NCBI GenBank assembly: GCA_963813065.1
Contig: CAWEXP010000004.1
Coordinates: forward strand, 7,267 to 71,266
Direction: 5' to 3'
Length of the DNA stretch: 64,000 nt
From: Candidatus Kaiserbacteria bacterium
GTDB lineage: Bacteria > Patescibacteriota > Minisyncoccia > Phycocordibacterales > Phycocordibacteraceae
Every line of letters starts with the position of its first letter. Position 1 is the first letter of the stretch. Made by a program: the position numbers and the translations under genes. Under the pieces are notes generated by a model that did not search any database, had not been told where the DNA came from, and was given only the letters and a program-made list of their open reading frames with translations. Below are positions 1 to 9,713 of this stretch, one piece after another.

Positions 1-354
1 AATAATTTGAGTGCCACACGAACTTTTTTGCACTTGAACTCGCCGTCCACAATACCGACATTCCAAGTCACTCTCAGCGACTGGAAGACGATTCTTGTTT
101 CCGTCGCGACTTGAGCCGGCAACATGTTTCTGAATAAAGGTCCACTCGGCAAGTACGCGAATCCGATGACAACACGGACACTTCACGAGCAATCTACGCA
201 CAATAATCACTTCGTCGTTCTGGCATTTGACAAGGTGAACAGCGGCTTTGATGGTCTCAGTGTGTGCTTGCTCCCACTTCCGCATCACTTTCTCAGACTG
301 CGGCCGCGGGGTGAGCTTCGGCGCTTGTATCTTCACTCTGTTCATTTTCGGCAT
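1..354 (-). CDS. Partial hypothetical protein with CxxC pairs (runs off window edge)
   Basis: Open frame read manually from ATG 354 (MPKMNRVKIQ...CPCC...CRYC...), GGGAG upstream, no stop before position 1. Confidence 0.5.
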   Translation of the reverse strand, partial: MPKMNRVKIQAPKLTPRPQSEKVMRKWEQAHTETIKAAVHLVKCQNDEVIIVRRLLVKCPCCHRIRVLAEWTFIQKHVAGSSRDGNKNRLPVAESDLECRYCGRRVQVQKSSCGTQII

Positions 355-392
355 CTCGGTCTCCCATGCCAGTTTCCAGCTGAACCCTAACG

Positions 393-427
393 CAAAACCC
401 GCCACTCGTCGAGAGTGGCGGGTTTTG
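393..427. terminator. Bidirectional intrinsic terminator
   Basis: caaaacccgccactc / gagtggcgggttttg perfect inverted repeat just after the 441..1511 gene. Confidence 0.75.
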
Positions 428-440
428 ATTGTAAAAATGT

Positions 441-1511
441 TTACGCGATCGAGTAGCGGCCGTCCTTGAAGCACTTGAAGTACTTCGGATCGTTGAGGTT
501 CACCAAAATGGTGTTGTCCTTTACGAAGCGTGCCTTCTTGACGTGCTTGATGACCTCTTCCTTCTTCATCGGGCCATCCTTCTCGAGGACTTCGCGGACG
601 ACATCGCGGACAACGCCCGGCGTGTAGCCCCACTCGGCGAGCGCGTAGAGACCGCGGCCCACCAGCACGAAGCGCGGATCCTTAATCAGCTCGTTGTGCG
701 TGGTTGCGACGTGCGCCTTCTTGGAGAAGAGCGTACCAATCGCCTTCGAGACTTCAGAGAAATGCATCGGCTCGCCCTTACGCTTGATGGTGAGGTACGC
801 ATAGTCGCGCACGCCCTTGGTGCGGATGGCCGGCGCCGACGCGCGGCCCCACTCCGCGAGCGGATTCTTGCCGATATGCTTGGAGAGGGAGAGCCAACGC
901 TTGAGGACTTCCTCTTTCTTGTAGGCATCGTTGACACCCTTGAGCTCGTCGAGGAAACGGTCGAGCAGTTCACTCTCGGGAATCACTTCCGCGTCAGAGA
1001 GCGAGGTGTAGAGCTTACCGAGCGCATCGTGGACCTTCTTGGCGGTCTCCTGGTCGATGTGCCAGCGCGCATAGAAATCATCGGTCTCGCGCTCACGGAC
1101 AAAGGTGGCACCGACCACAAGGAGGAAGCGCATGCGATTGCGGCCCTTCTCGTCCTTGGCAAGGGTGGCGAGGAGTTCCTCTTCAGGAACGATGACGCCG
1201 AGCGATTCGACGGCCTTGGCGACCTCGTCGAAGGCGCCCTTGGCCTCGGCAAAGGCCTTGCTAGAGCGAATGGCATCGAGACCCGCGGCCTCAATCTGAC
1301 GGACGCGCTCGCGGGTGATGCCGGAGCGGTCGCCGATGGCCTCGAGCGTCTCGCGCTCTTGAGGCGACCCCAACCCAAAGCGCCGGACGAGCACATCACG
1401 GGCACGCTCAGAGGCGGCTCCGAGAAGCTTTTTGACCAGCGAAACGCTATCGAAACGGAAGGAGACGACTTTCGCCGCCGGGGTCTTTTTGGGGTTCATA
1501 ATTTTTGCCAT
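441..1511 (-). CDS. Sigma-70 region 4 HTH plus C-terminal HARE-HTH-like protein (CPR-type)
   Basis: RRFGL...ETLEAIG...GITRERVRQIE region 4 motif; C-terminal PMHFSEV...HNELIKDPRFVLVGRGLYAL. Confidence 0.8.
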   Translation of the reverse strand: MAKIMNPKKTPAAKVVSFRFDSVSLVKKLLGAASERARDVLVRRFGLGSPQERETLEAIGDRSGITRERVRQIEAAGLDAIRSSKAFAEAKGAFDEVAKAVESLGVIVPEEELLATLAKDEKGRNRMRFLLVVGATFVRERETDDFYARWHIDQETAKKVHDALGKLYTSLSDAEVIPESELLDRFLDELKGVNDAYKKEEVLKRWLSLSKHIGKNPLAEWGRASAPAIRTKGVRDYAYLTIKRKGEPMHFSEVSKAIGTLFSKKAHVATTHNELIKDPRFVLVGRGLYALAEWGYTPGVVRDVVREVLEKDGPMKKEEVIKHVKKARFVKDNTILVNLNDPKYFKCFKDGRYSIA

Positions 1512-1565
1512 GGATAATGTGTTCTAGTTATATCAAATGCTAATAAAATAGTCAACTGCGGCGGA

Positions 1566-4421
1566 TTATACCACCAGGTTGAGGATTCTGCCTGGCACGT
1601 ACACTACTCTCTTAGGCTCCTTCCCCGCAAGTCCTGCGGCGACTGCCGGCAAAGCCTTCGCCGCCGCGAGCGCATCCTCCTGCGAGGCATCTGCCGAGAG
1701 CGAAATGGAGCCTTTCCGCTTGCCCGCAACCTGCACCACGACCTCGACTTCGTTCTCGACGAGGAGCGCGGGATCGTAGGTCGGCCACGGCGCCCGATGT
1801 ACACTGCCCTCGCCTCCTATTTTCTCGAACAAATCTTCCGCGAGATGCGGCGCGAAGGGCGCGAGCATGATGACGAAATCTCTGAGTACGAGTGGGGATA
1901 TCTTACTTTGCATCCCCTCGGCTTCAAGGTAATTCAAGAGTGTCATGAGTGCGGCAATGGCTGTATTGAATTTAAAGCGGTCGCAATCTTCGGCAACTTT
2001 CTTCGCCGTCTTTGCGAGCGCGCGTTGGATGTTTTGATTCTCGAAGTCGGACACGGCGTGTCCGACTTTTTCAATCAAACGCACGATGCGGTCCAAAAAC
2101 TTTCGCATGCTCGCGACGCCGTCGAGATTCCAGGGGTAGCTACCCGGCTCATTGTAGGGGCCGATGAAGGCGAGATACACGCGCACTGCGTCGGCGCCGT
2201 ATTCGCCCACCATGTCATCGGGGTTGATCACATTCCCCTTCGACTTACTCATTTTCTGTCCATCAGGACCGAGGATGATGCCGCGATTGAAACGCTCGTG
2301 GAAAGGTTCGCTGGTCGGCACGAGCGCGAGATCGTAGAGCGCTTTGTAGAAGAAGCGCGCATAGAAGAGATGCATGGTGGTATGCTCGCTCCCGCCCGAA
2401 TAGCGGTGCACCGGCAACCACTTTTTCATCAGCGCGAGATTGGAGAACTCGTTCACATTCTTCGGGTCGAGATAGCGGGTGAAGTACCACGAAGAATCAA
2501 CGAACGTATCGAGTGTGTCGTACTCGGGCGTCCAGCCTTCGCCGAAAAGTTTCGTCACGCGCTCGCGCAATTCATTTGACGACGCGAGCGGCGACTTCCC
2601 CGTCGGCTTGAAGTCGACATCGGTCGGCAAGAGCCACGGCAGGTGCTCGGCCGGTATCGCATGCGGCTTGCCCTCTGGATCGTAGACGATGGGGATCGGG
2701 CAACCCCAGTAGCGCTGGCGACTCACGAGCCAATCGCGGAGACGGTACTGCGTGGTCATCTCCCCGCCCGCGAGTGCAACGATCTCTGCCGCTACCTCGC
2801 GATTATTTCTACCAGTGAATTCACCGGAATTAATGAGATACCCGTCTCCAGTCAGAGCAACCTCGGTATGGAGTAATTGCCACATCTGCTTCTGGTGCGC
2901 AGGAACGAGACGATTGAGGACTTCATCTTCGCTCACCCATACGAGCGTATGCTTCGCGGATTCAGACGTATCAATCGCGCCTTGTTTGCTCAACGAGTCC
3001 ACTTCGGCCAAAAGTGCGTAAGCGTGTGCGCAACGATTTTCACCTTTGTGCGAGGCGCAATACCGTGCGGCTGTAATCCACTGCGCACGATGTATGATGC
3101 GAATGTCTTCAAGTGCGGCCTCTTCGCGGATCTCCATGAGCGCCGCCTCTCCGGGCGTTTGTCCCGGCTCGATGCCTCCCATGATCGCGGTTGTGATGCC
3201 TTCGAGCGTTCCGTGCCAATCCAGAAGAGCGAACTTGCCCGTCGACTTGTCGCGCAGATGCACAATCACGGTATCGCGCTTCACTTCCTTAAACTCGGGA
3301 CGTGGCGGATTGCCGGGATCATCGGCACACGGCACCACGACCTGGACGACGGGAATGTTGAACTTCTGCGCAAATTCGAAATCGCGCTCGTCGTGCGCAG
3401 GGACGGCCATGATGGCGCCCGTGCCATAGGAGGCGAGCACGTAGTCAGCAATAAAAATTGGAATCTCTTCTTTCGTCGCGGGGTTAATCGCCGTCACGCC
3501 CTTGAGCTCGACGCCGGTTTTCTCTTTATGCTCTGAACGCTCGCGCTCAGTTTTTTTCTGGGTCGCCTCAATATACGCTTCGATTTCTTTTTTATTTGAA
3601 ACGGCGTCCGACAGGGACGCAACGAGGGCGTGTTCGGGTGCCAGCACGAGATACGTCGCGCCAAAGAGCGTATCGGGTCGCGTGGTGAAAATCTCAATGG
3701 GCTGGACATCGGATGTCCTAACTTCGAATTTGATTTTCGCGCCCTCCGACTTTCCGATCCATGCGCGCTGAGCGTCTTTTATTTCGTCACGCCACGGCAG
3801 AGGGTCGAGATCTTTGAGGAGTCGCTCGGCGTACTGTGTGATTTTCAAAAACCATTGCGTGAGCATTTTTTCTTCGACCGGCGTGCCGCACCGATCGCAA
3901 CAACCATCTTTGACCTGCTCGTTGGCGAGCACGGTTTGATCCTTGGGGCACCACTTAACCGCCGCAAGGCGTCGCTCGGCGAGTCCGTGTTCGAAGAATT
4001 TTGCGAAGAGCCACTGCGTCCATTGGTAATACGAGGGATCGCAGGCGACGACCTCTTTGCTCCAATCGAAAGACGCACCCATCGAGGCGAGCTGGGTCTT
4101 CATCCGCTCAATGTTGGCGAGTGTCCAGGCCGAGGGGTCAGCGCCATGCTTGAAGGCCGCGTTCTCTGCCGGCAGGCCGAACGCGTCGAAACCAATCGGG
4201 AACAACACGTTCTTGCCCTGGAGGCGCAGGAAGCGCGCATAGATATCGGTGACCGCGAAGGCGTACCAGTGCCCGATGTGGAGGTCGCCCGAGGGATACG
4301 GGAACTCGACGAGCAGGTAGTACGGCTCTTTCGCCTCGTCTGCGAGATCGCATTCGTTCAGCTTCAGCTCTGCCCATTTCGCTTGGGCTTTTTTTTCAAT
4401 TTCTTTGTGGTCGAATGTCAT
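1566..4421 (-). CDS. leuS: Leucine--tRNA ligase with inserted Nudix-like domain
   Basis: HIGH and KMSKS motifs, FTTRPDT and YGTGAIMAVPAHD editing domain, DWLVSRQRYWG. Confidence 0.97.
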   Translation of the reverse strand: MTFDHKEIEKKAQAKWAELKLNECDLADEAKEPYYLLVEFPYPSGDLHIGHWYAFAVTDIYARFLRLQGKNVLFPIGFDAFGLPAENAAFKHGADPSAWTLANIERMKTQLASMGASFDWSKEVVACDPSYYQWTQWLFAKFFEHGLAERRLAAVKWCPKDQTVLANEQVKDGCCDRCGTPVEEKMLTQWFLKITQYAERLLKDLDPLPWRDEIKDAQRAWIGKSEGAKIKFEVRTSDVQPIEIFTTRPDTLFGATYLVLAPEHALVASLSDAVSNKKEIEAYIEATQKKTERERSEHKEKTGVELKGVTAINPATKEEIPIFIADYVLASYGTGAIMAVPAHDERDFEFAQKFNIPVVQVVVPCADDPGNPPRPEFKEVKRDTVIVHLRDKSTGKFALLDWHGTLEGITTAIMGGIEPGQTPGEAALMEIREEAALEDIRIIHRAQWITAARYCASHKGENRCAHAYALLAEVDSLSKQGAIDTSESAKHTLVWVSEDEVLNRLVPAHQKQMWQLLHTEVALTGDGYLINSGEFTGRNNREVAAEIVALAGGEMTTQYRLRDWLVSRQRYWGCPIPIVYDPEGKPHAIPAEHLPWLLPTDVDFKPTGKSPLASSNELRERVTKLFGEGWTPEYDTLDTFVDSSWYFTRYLDPKNVNEFSNLALMKKWLPVHRYSGGSEHTTMHLFYARFFYKALYDLALVPTSEPFHERFNRGIILGPDGQKMSKSKGNVINPDDMVGEYGADAVRVYLAFIGPYNEPGSYPWNLDGVASMRKFLDRIVRLIEKVGHAVSDFENQNIQRALAKTAKKVAEDCDRFKFNTAIAALMTLLNYLEAEGMQSKISPLVLRDFVIMLAPFAPHLAEDLFEKIGGEGSVHRAPWPTYDPALLVENEVEVVVQVAGKRKGSISLSADASQEDALAAAKALPAVAAGLAGKEPKRVVYVPGRILNLVV

Positions 4422-4423
4422 GC

Positions 4424-4472
4424 CTAGCAAGGTTAAACCTTAAGAATATGCATCAAGGTTTAACCTTGCTAG
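4424..4472. repeat. 18-bp perfect inverted repeat built from two AGGTTWAACCT-type palindromes
   Basis: ctagcaaggttaaacctt (4424-4441) / aaggtttaaccttgctag (4455-4472). Confidence 0.8.
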
Positions 4473-5002
4473 TCGCGGAAGCGCTTCCAACCAATCCAAA
4501 CCAGCGCGCCGAGTCCGATTGCGGCGATCAGCAAACGAATCCACTCTCCCGCCGTCCCCCAGTACTGCGCCGAGGCGATGACAAACGCGATGACGCCGCC
4601 ATAGGAGAGACCGCTCGACACGATTGAGGAACCAATCGGCACGAAGCCAATAATGAGCGCGAGGATGCCGAGACCGACCATGAGCACAAAGGCATAGAGA
4701 TTGTGTTGGTCGCTCGCCGCCTGGTAGAGCGGCTGGCACTTTGCGTATAGATCGCAATAGCCTGTTGTGGCCGGAGCGGCGCCCTTGGCAGGAAGTGGCG
4801 CAGGAGCATTCTCGGTCCAGACACCGCCCGCAGAATCGCAAGCAGAAGCGGTCAGCGTCGTGGACACATTGCTCGGGCAGTAGGTGTTGTAATCGGGCGC
4901 CGGCAGAGCGAGGCTGGTGAGGACACCAAAGAAAATATTCAAAATGACGACGATGCCGACGAGGAGTGCCCACCGGACAAACTTTGGGTGTTTGTTTTCC
5001 AT
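4469..5002 (-). CDS. Membrane protein with Cys-rich extracellular loop
   Basis: Several hydrophobic helices; TATAAT 6 nt upstream of ATG 5002. Confidence 0.75.
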   Translation of the reverse strand: MENKHPKFVRWALLVGIVVILNIFFGVLTSLALPAPDYNTYCPSNVSTTLTASACDSAGGVWTENAPAPLPAKGAAPATTGYCDLYAKCQPLYQAASDQHNLYAFVLMVGLGILALIIGFVPIGSSIVSSGLSYGGVIAFVIASAQYWGTAGEWIRLLIAAIGLGALVWIGWKRFRD

Positions 5003-5083
5003 CGGCGGATTATACCACAATAGATAACACAAAGACCACAGGGAGGCCGTAGCCTTTGTGGTCTTGAAATGGATCTCGCCGCG

Positions 5084-5557
5084 CTAGTCCGCAAACGGCG
5101 AGTAGTGATGTGGACTGCCGTTGCAACTGTGGACCTCCGAGGTACCTGCATAGTTGGTCGGCGCAGGTTCTCTTGCGAACGCTCTCCGGGATTCCAGTGT
5201 ATCGGCGACAAGCCGATATCGATGAGGCTGACCCGTACAGTGATCGTAGGCAATCGCGAATTGATCGCTGGTGCCTGTAGCGGAGGTGCTGGCAGAATCC
5301 GACGCGCCGATCAGATTGACCGCAACGCCGTTGGACTCGGCAACCGTACGGCCTTTTGGCGGATAGATAAGATGCCAAGAGTCATCCGCGGCAACTTTCG
5401 CTTGTGCGATAATCGCCGCCGTCGTGCCGTTCACCTTATGAGGGGTGAACCGATCGGCCGAATAGCGAGCGAGGCCCACAACAGCGAAAGTGGCCAGAGC
5501 AACCACAATGATTGGGAACGCAACCGAACGCTTCTTAGGTTTTGAAGAACTGGTCAT
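5084..5557 (-). CDS. Hypothetical protein with N-terminal TM helix
   Basis: Basic N-terminus plus hydrophobic anchor; hairpin at 5032-5065 downstream. Confidence 0.55.
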   Translation of the reverse strand: MTSSSKPKKRSVAFPIIVVALATFAVVGLARYSADRFTPHKVNGTTAAIIAQAKVAADDSWHLIYPPKGRTVAESNGVAVNLIGASDSASTSATGTSDQFAIAYDHCTGQPHRYRLVADTLESRRAFAREPAPTNYAGTSEVHSCNGSPHHYSPFAD

Positions 5558-5697
5558 AGCACGAAACCTTTCTCATTGATGTGGTGCCGCGGTAGCGGCC
5601 TGGGAAAGAGGTTAGCATAGTCTTGCGTCTTTGTCAATACTATGCCATTTTCGGCTTATCTGATACTCTTCCCGCGGAATCAACAAGGAGAACTCCG

Positions 5698-6090
5698 ATG
5701 GCCAGCAGTGGCAATCTTAATGGTACCGACTGGGAGAAATACCTATCGGCTCGACAAACGAAACTGATAAAAATCGCGACGGCTCCCGTCCGCGAGGCCT
5801 TGGCACTCTGGCTTGCCGATGAGGATGACTGGGCGGCGGCACTCGTCTTGGCCGCGCGCACCGACCTCAGCAAGCCGCGCTATACCGAACTCTTGCTGAG
5901 CAATAGTTGGCCGCTTCGCGTCGCGCTCTGTCACAATTCGGCATTGCCGCTCCGACTCCTGCGACGGCTCGCCAAGGTGTCTGCGGGGAGTCCGCCGCCA
6001 GAAGCGGACGACTGCGAATGCTTCAAGCCCGACCACCTGGTGCGGATTGCGCGCGCGGCGCTCCGCAAACGGCTCGTGCATAAAAAATAA
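5698..6090 (+). CDS. Hypothetical helical-repeat-like protein
   Basis: AAGGAG upstream of ATG 5698; followed by terminator. Confidence 0.55.
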   Translation: MASSGNLNGTDWEKYLSARQTKLIKIATAPVREALALWLADEDDWAAALVLAARTDLSKPRYTELLLSNSWPLRVALCHNSALPLRLLRRLAKVSAGSPPPEADDCECFKPDHLVRIARAALRKRLVHKK

Positions 6091-6094
6091 AACC

Positions 6095-6122
6095 AAGCGC
6101 GCTGATTACAGCGCGCTTTTTT
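6095..6122 (+). terminator. Intrinsic terminator
   Basis: aagcgcgctg-atta-cagcgcgctt plus T-run. Confidence 0.75.
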
Positions 6123-6150
6123 GTTAGCTATGCTACGTAAAACGAGTACG

Positions 6151-7254
6151 TCACGCGGCGTGCAAGAACACCATCACATCGCCGTCGACGACGACGTAAT
6201 CCTTCCCTTCTGTCCGCACCTTGGCGGCTTCGCGCGCGGCGGCATAGGAGCCGGCGGCGATGAGGTCCTTAGTTGAAACGACTTCTGCGCGAATAAACTT
6301 ATCTTTGAAATCGGTGTGGATGGCGGCACCCGCAATCGGCGCGGTACTGCCGCGAGGGATGGTCCACGCGCGCGTCTCCTTGGGCCCGGTGGTGAAAAAG
6401 GATATGAGCCCGAGCGTCTCGTACGCGCCGCGGATAAAATCCGCGAGCCCGTCCTCTTGCGCGCCGAGCTCTTGGCGGAAGCTGGTGCGATCTTCGTCGG
6501 CGACATCATTAAGGTCGCGCTCGGTCGCGGCGTCCACCTTCACGTAGCGACCGCCGAGCTCGTTGATGAGTTCGTAACAGCGCTCGGCGCGACCATCATT
6601 CAATTCGTCGAGATTGTGTCCGCCGCTCTTGCGATTCAGCGCGTAGAGAATCGGCTTCATGGTGAGCAGATTCAAGTGCGTGATGAGTTCGCGTTCCTCG
6701 CCCGTCAGCCCCGCGTGGAGCGCGAGCTTGCCGGCCGCGAATGCTTGCTCCAATTTCGCCAGTGCGACGTCCTCGGCGGGCGCACTCTTCACTCCCGCAC
6801 GAATGTCGGTCGCGATGCGATCGCGACGCTTGCGCACCTGCTCGGCGTCCGCGAGCGTGAGTTCGAGATTAATGACCTCGATATCCTTGTACGGCTCGAC
6901 GTCGGTGTCGACGTGGATGATGTTCGGGTCGTCGAAGAAACGCACGACCTCGAGAATCGCGTCCGTCTCGCGAATGTGCGAGAGGAATTGGTTGCCGAGC
7001 CCAGCGCCCTCGGCCGCGCCCTTGACCAACCCGGCAATGTCGACGAATTCGATTGCCGCCGGTATCACCTTCTCGCTCGCGGAGAGTTTCGCCAGGGCGT
7101 CGAGTCGTTCATCGGGCACGCCGACCACGCCGACACTCGGGTCGATGGTACAGAAGGGATAGTTCTCCGCCGGTACGCTCGCCTTGGTGAGCGCGTTGAA
7201 GAGCGTGGACTTCCCCACGTTGGGCAAACCGACGATACCTATCTTCAGAGCCAT
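6151..7254 (-). CDS. ychF: Redox-regulated ATPase YchF (5' end apparently supplied by the integrated element)
   Basis: GIVGLPNVGKSTLFN, NYPFCTIDP, DIAGLV, TGS domain IHTDF...FIRAEV. Confidence 0.97.
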   Translation of the reverse strand: MALKIGIVGLPNVGKSTLFNALTKASVPAENYPFCTIDPSVGVVGVPDERLDALAKLSASEKVIPAAIEFVDIAGLVKGAAEGAGLGNQFLSHIRETDAILEVVRFFDDPNIIHVDTDVEPYKDIEVINLELTLADAEQVRKRRDRIATDIRAGVKSAPAEDVALAKLEQAFAAGKLALHAGLTGEERELITHLNLLTMKPILYALNRKSGGHNLDELNDGRAERCYELINELGGRYVKVDAATERDLNDVADEDRTSFRQELGAQEDGLADFIRGAYETLGLISFFTTGPKETRAWTIPRGSTAPIAGAAIHTDFKDKFIRAEVVSTKDLIAAGSYAAAREAAKVRTEGKDYVVVDGDVMVFLHAA

Positions 7255-8842
7255 ATGCGCAATAGAGTGTTGTTATTGGGATACGACCGCGGACACGGAG
7301 TTGTTCCTGTGTCCCTACGATTTTCTCCACGACATCTACAACTATCGCGCGTTTTTCACTAAAGTTCAAGTTTGGAAGATACTCTCGCGCACGGGAAGCG
7401 TCGTACTCAATCTCTTCCCGTGTTGGCGGGGTTGCAGAGCGATACACTGCCTCCTGTTGGAGTGCGCCGACCCTCTGTGTTTCAAGTGCCGAGATTTGTT
7501 CTCGCACAGGCATGATGTAGTTCTGCAACTCTTCGAGTGAATACAGCCCGGCAGCATACGCCCTGTTGTACCTCTCCTCTTGTGTCCGCAACTTCCCAAT
7601 CTCCTTTTCGATGAGAGGGACGTCCGCCGCCGCTTCTTTGTTATCTGCCCGGAGCGCGGCACTATGTTCGAGATACGCGGCTTCCAGTAGTTCGGGTGAG
7701 GTCATCAGTGATGCCAACTTGTTCCAAAGCGATCTCGTCTGCTACACGAGCATTTATTGGGTGTTCGTAGCATGTACGCGGCAGCGGAAAACAAAGTATC
7801 TTGTCGGAACAGTCGTAGTAGAGATACTTTCCTCGTTTCCGCGCTGCGCCCGTACGCTTTCGTCCGCACGCACACTCCACCCTCCCACCCAGAAGATAGT
7901 CGTACTTCTTATTCCGTGGATTGAGTTTCGCGTGCTCTCCCAGTTTGTTGCGCACAGCATCGAAGAGTTCTTGGTCAATGATGGCAGGAACCGGGACGGT
8001 CATCCATTCATCCGCTGGACGTGGTTTCCGGCTACTCTTCTTCATCTTGCGGTACTTATCCTTGTTGATTGGGTTCTTTGGTACTACGGCGATGGAACTT
8101 CGATAGTGCGCTCGTCCGACATACGCCCCGTTTCGGAGCATTGTAGTGAGCGTACTTGTGCTCCACACGCCGCGCTTGCTCTTGCGTGGCTTGATAGCCA
8201 GCGTCTGCAACTTGCGAACTACCTGTCGGATAGTAAGACCCTCATTCGCAATCCACTTGAAAATCATCCGTACCACACGTGCCTCCTCCTCGTTTATCTC
8301 GTAGTACCCATGCACGCTATCCTTCTTCGGAGTGTAGTTGTACCCGTAGAGAGGCGAACTGACGAGAATGTGTCCTTCTTTGATTTTGCGAAGTTTGCCG
8401 AGGCGAAAACGCTCGTTTATCTTCGCGCGTTCGTATTCCGCGAAAAGTCCGCGGACGCCGTGGATATCTTGTCCTCCGGGTTCTTGGGGGCGGTAATGGT
8501 AACGAAGATTACCTCGATGCCAGCGTCTCGCAGTTCATCCATCACAAGTTCCTGATACGAATACCGACGAGCGAGACGGTCTGGGTCGTAAATCAAGACT
8601 GCTTCCCAGAGTTTTGAGTCTGCATCCTGTCGTAGGGCATCTAGTGATGGTCGAGCGAGGACATCGCCGCTCCATCCATCGTCAATGTATTCCTTTACGA
8701 TAGTCAGCCCATTCTTACCCGCGAACTCTCGCACAGCGCCCAGTTGCGTCTCGATAGTACCGTCTTCTTCCTGACGAGCAGTAGAGACGCGAGCATAAAC
8801 CGCTACCAGTTTATTGCTCTTCGTAAGTGTTTCGTTGTTCAT
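7109..8842 (-). CDS. Large serine recombinase (resolvase + recombinase + Zn ribbon + coiled coil), two single-base frameshifts (~8462, ~7727)
   Basis: VYARVST..QE catalytic motif, DRLARR, GLFAEYERAKI after frame correction, PLYGY, VPAIID, CACG...YYDC. Confidence 0.9.
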
Positions 8843-8844
8843 GG

Positions 8845-9042
8845 TTATTTCTTTTTAGTATTCACGTGCCTATCCATGAACTTTTTGACCTCGCTTTTGG
8901 GTATGCGCCAAAGCGCAGTGTTCCCGTCGCCCAACTTATAGCCCTTCAACGCTCCCTTTCGGAGCCAGCGTTCCACCGTTCGCTCGTGGACGTTGAAGTA
9001 TTCGGCAACTTCTTTGCGAGAGAAAGTCCATGGCGTAAGCAT
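8845..9042 (-). CDS. Excisionase-like HTH_17 protein (candidate recombination directionality factor)
   Basis: FSRKEVAEYFNVHERTVERWLRKGALKGYK...WRIPKSEV, directly upstream of recombinase. Confidence 0.85.
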   Translation of the reverse strand: MLTPWTFSRKEVAEYFNVHERTVERWLRKGALKGYKLGDGNTALWRIPKSEVKKFMDRHVNTKKK

Positions 9043-9056
9043 AGTTTGTAATGTGC

Positions 9057-9257
9057 CTAGTTGTCAACCGCATGTTTCTGCTGCCTGTACATAACTCCAT
9101 CTCGATACATCGCATTGAAGAGGACGGCATACGCACGCTTCAGAGCGGTCTGCCGCACCTCGACCGGCTCATCCGACTCTTCGTATACGAGCGTCATCTC
9201 GACGCGTTCAGGTCGAGGCGGACGTTTTTCTTCATTGCTGTGGCTGGTAGCGTTCAT
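9057..9257 (-). CDS. Small hypothetical protein
   Basis: 66 aa ORF co-oriented with xis-like gene and recombinase. Confidence 0.5.
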   Translation of the reverse strand: MNATSHSNEEKRPPRPERVEMTLVYEESDEPVEVRQTALKRAYAVLFNAMYRDGVMYRQQKHAVDN

Positions 9258-9668
9258 TGCGGTTTAGACACCTTCGGTTTCTGCCCATCCGCTCCGAGGA
9301 GACAGCGAGAGAAACTATGTAGAAGAGACCGCGCCGAGGAAGAGTGGGTAGATGTCGAGCCGTCGCCGGACAACATTACGGTTTGTAGGAATGGTTTTGG
9401 GTAGTCATTCGACGACCCGCACAGTGTCCCTTTTCGCCCGCCTGCCAACTCCCCTCCTCCTTGGCGAAACTCCTTCTGCCCCGTTGGGCGCGCGGTCTAA
9501 CCGCGCGTAGTAACGAGGCACAAGGGAATATCCCGTTTGGTTGTTTTTATTCCGTGGTGGTGAGATAATCCCAGCCACGTTGGTCTCTTGATGTGCTGGC
9601 GAAGGTGTGTCCAGAACCCTTCGCCTATAAGTAATGGCGAAAAGTCCTCGGATTTTCCGATGTAAAGC

Positions 9669-9693
9669 AAAAAGCCCCGTAGTTCGGGGCTTT
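9669..9693 (-). terminator. Intrinsic terminator after the cargo operon
   Basis: aaaagccccg-tagtt-cggggcttt. Confidence 0.7.
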
Positions 9694-9713
9694 CGCAACT
9701 ATCAGGAGTTTAT

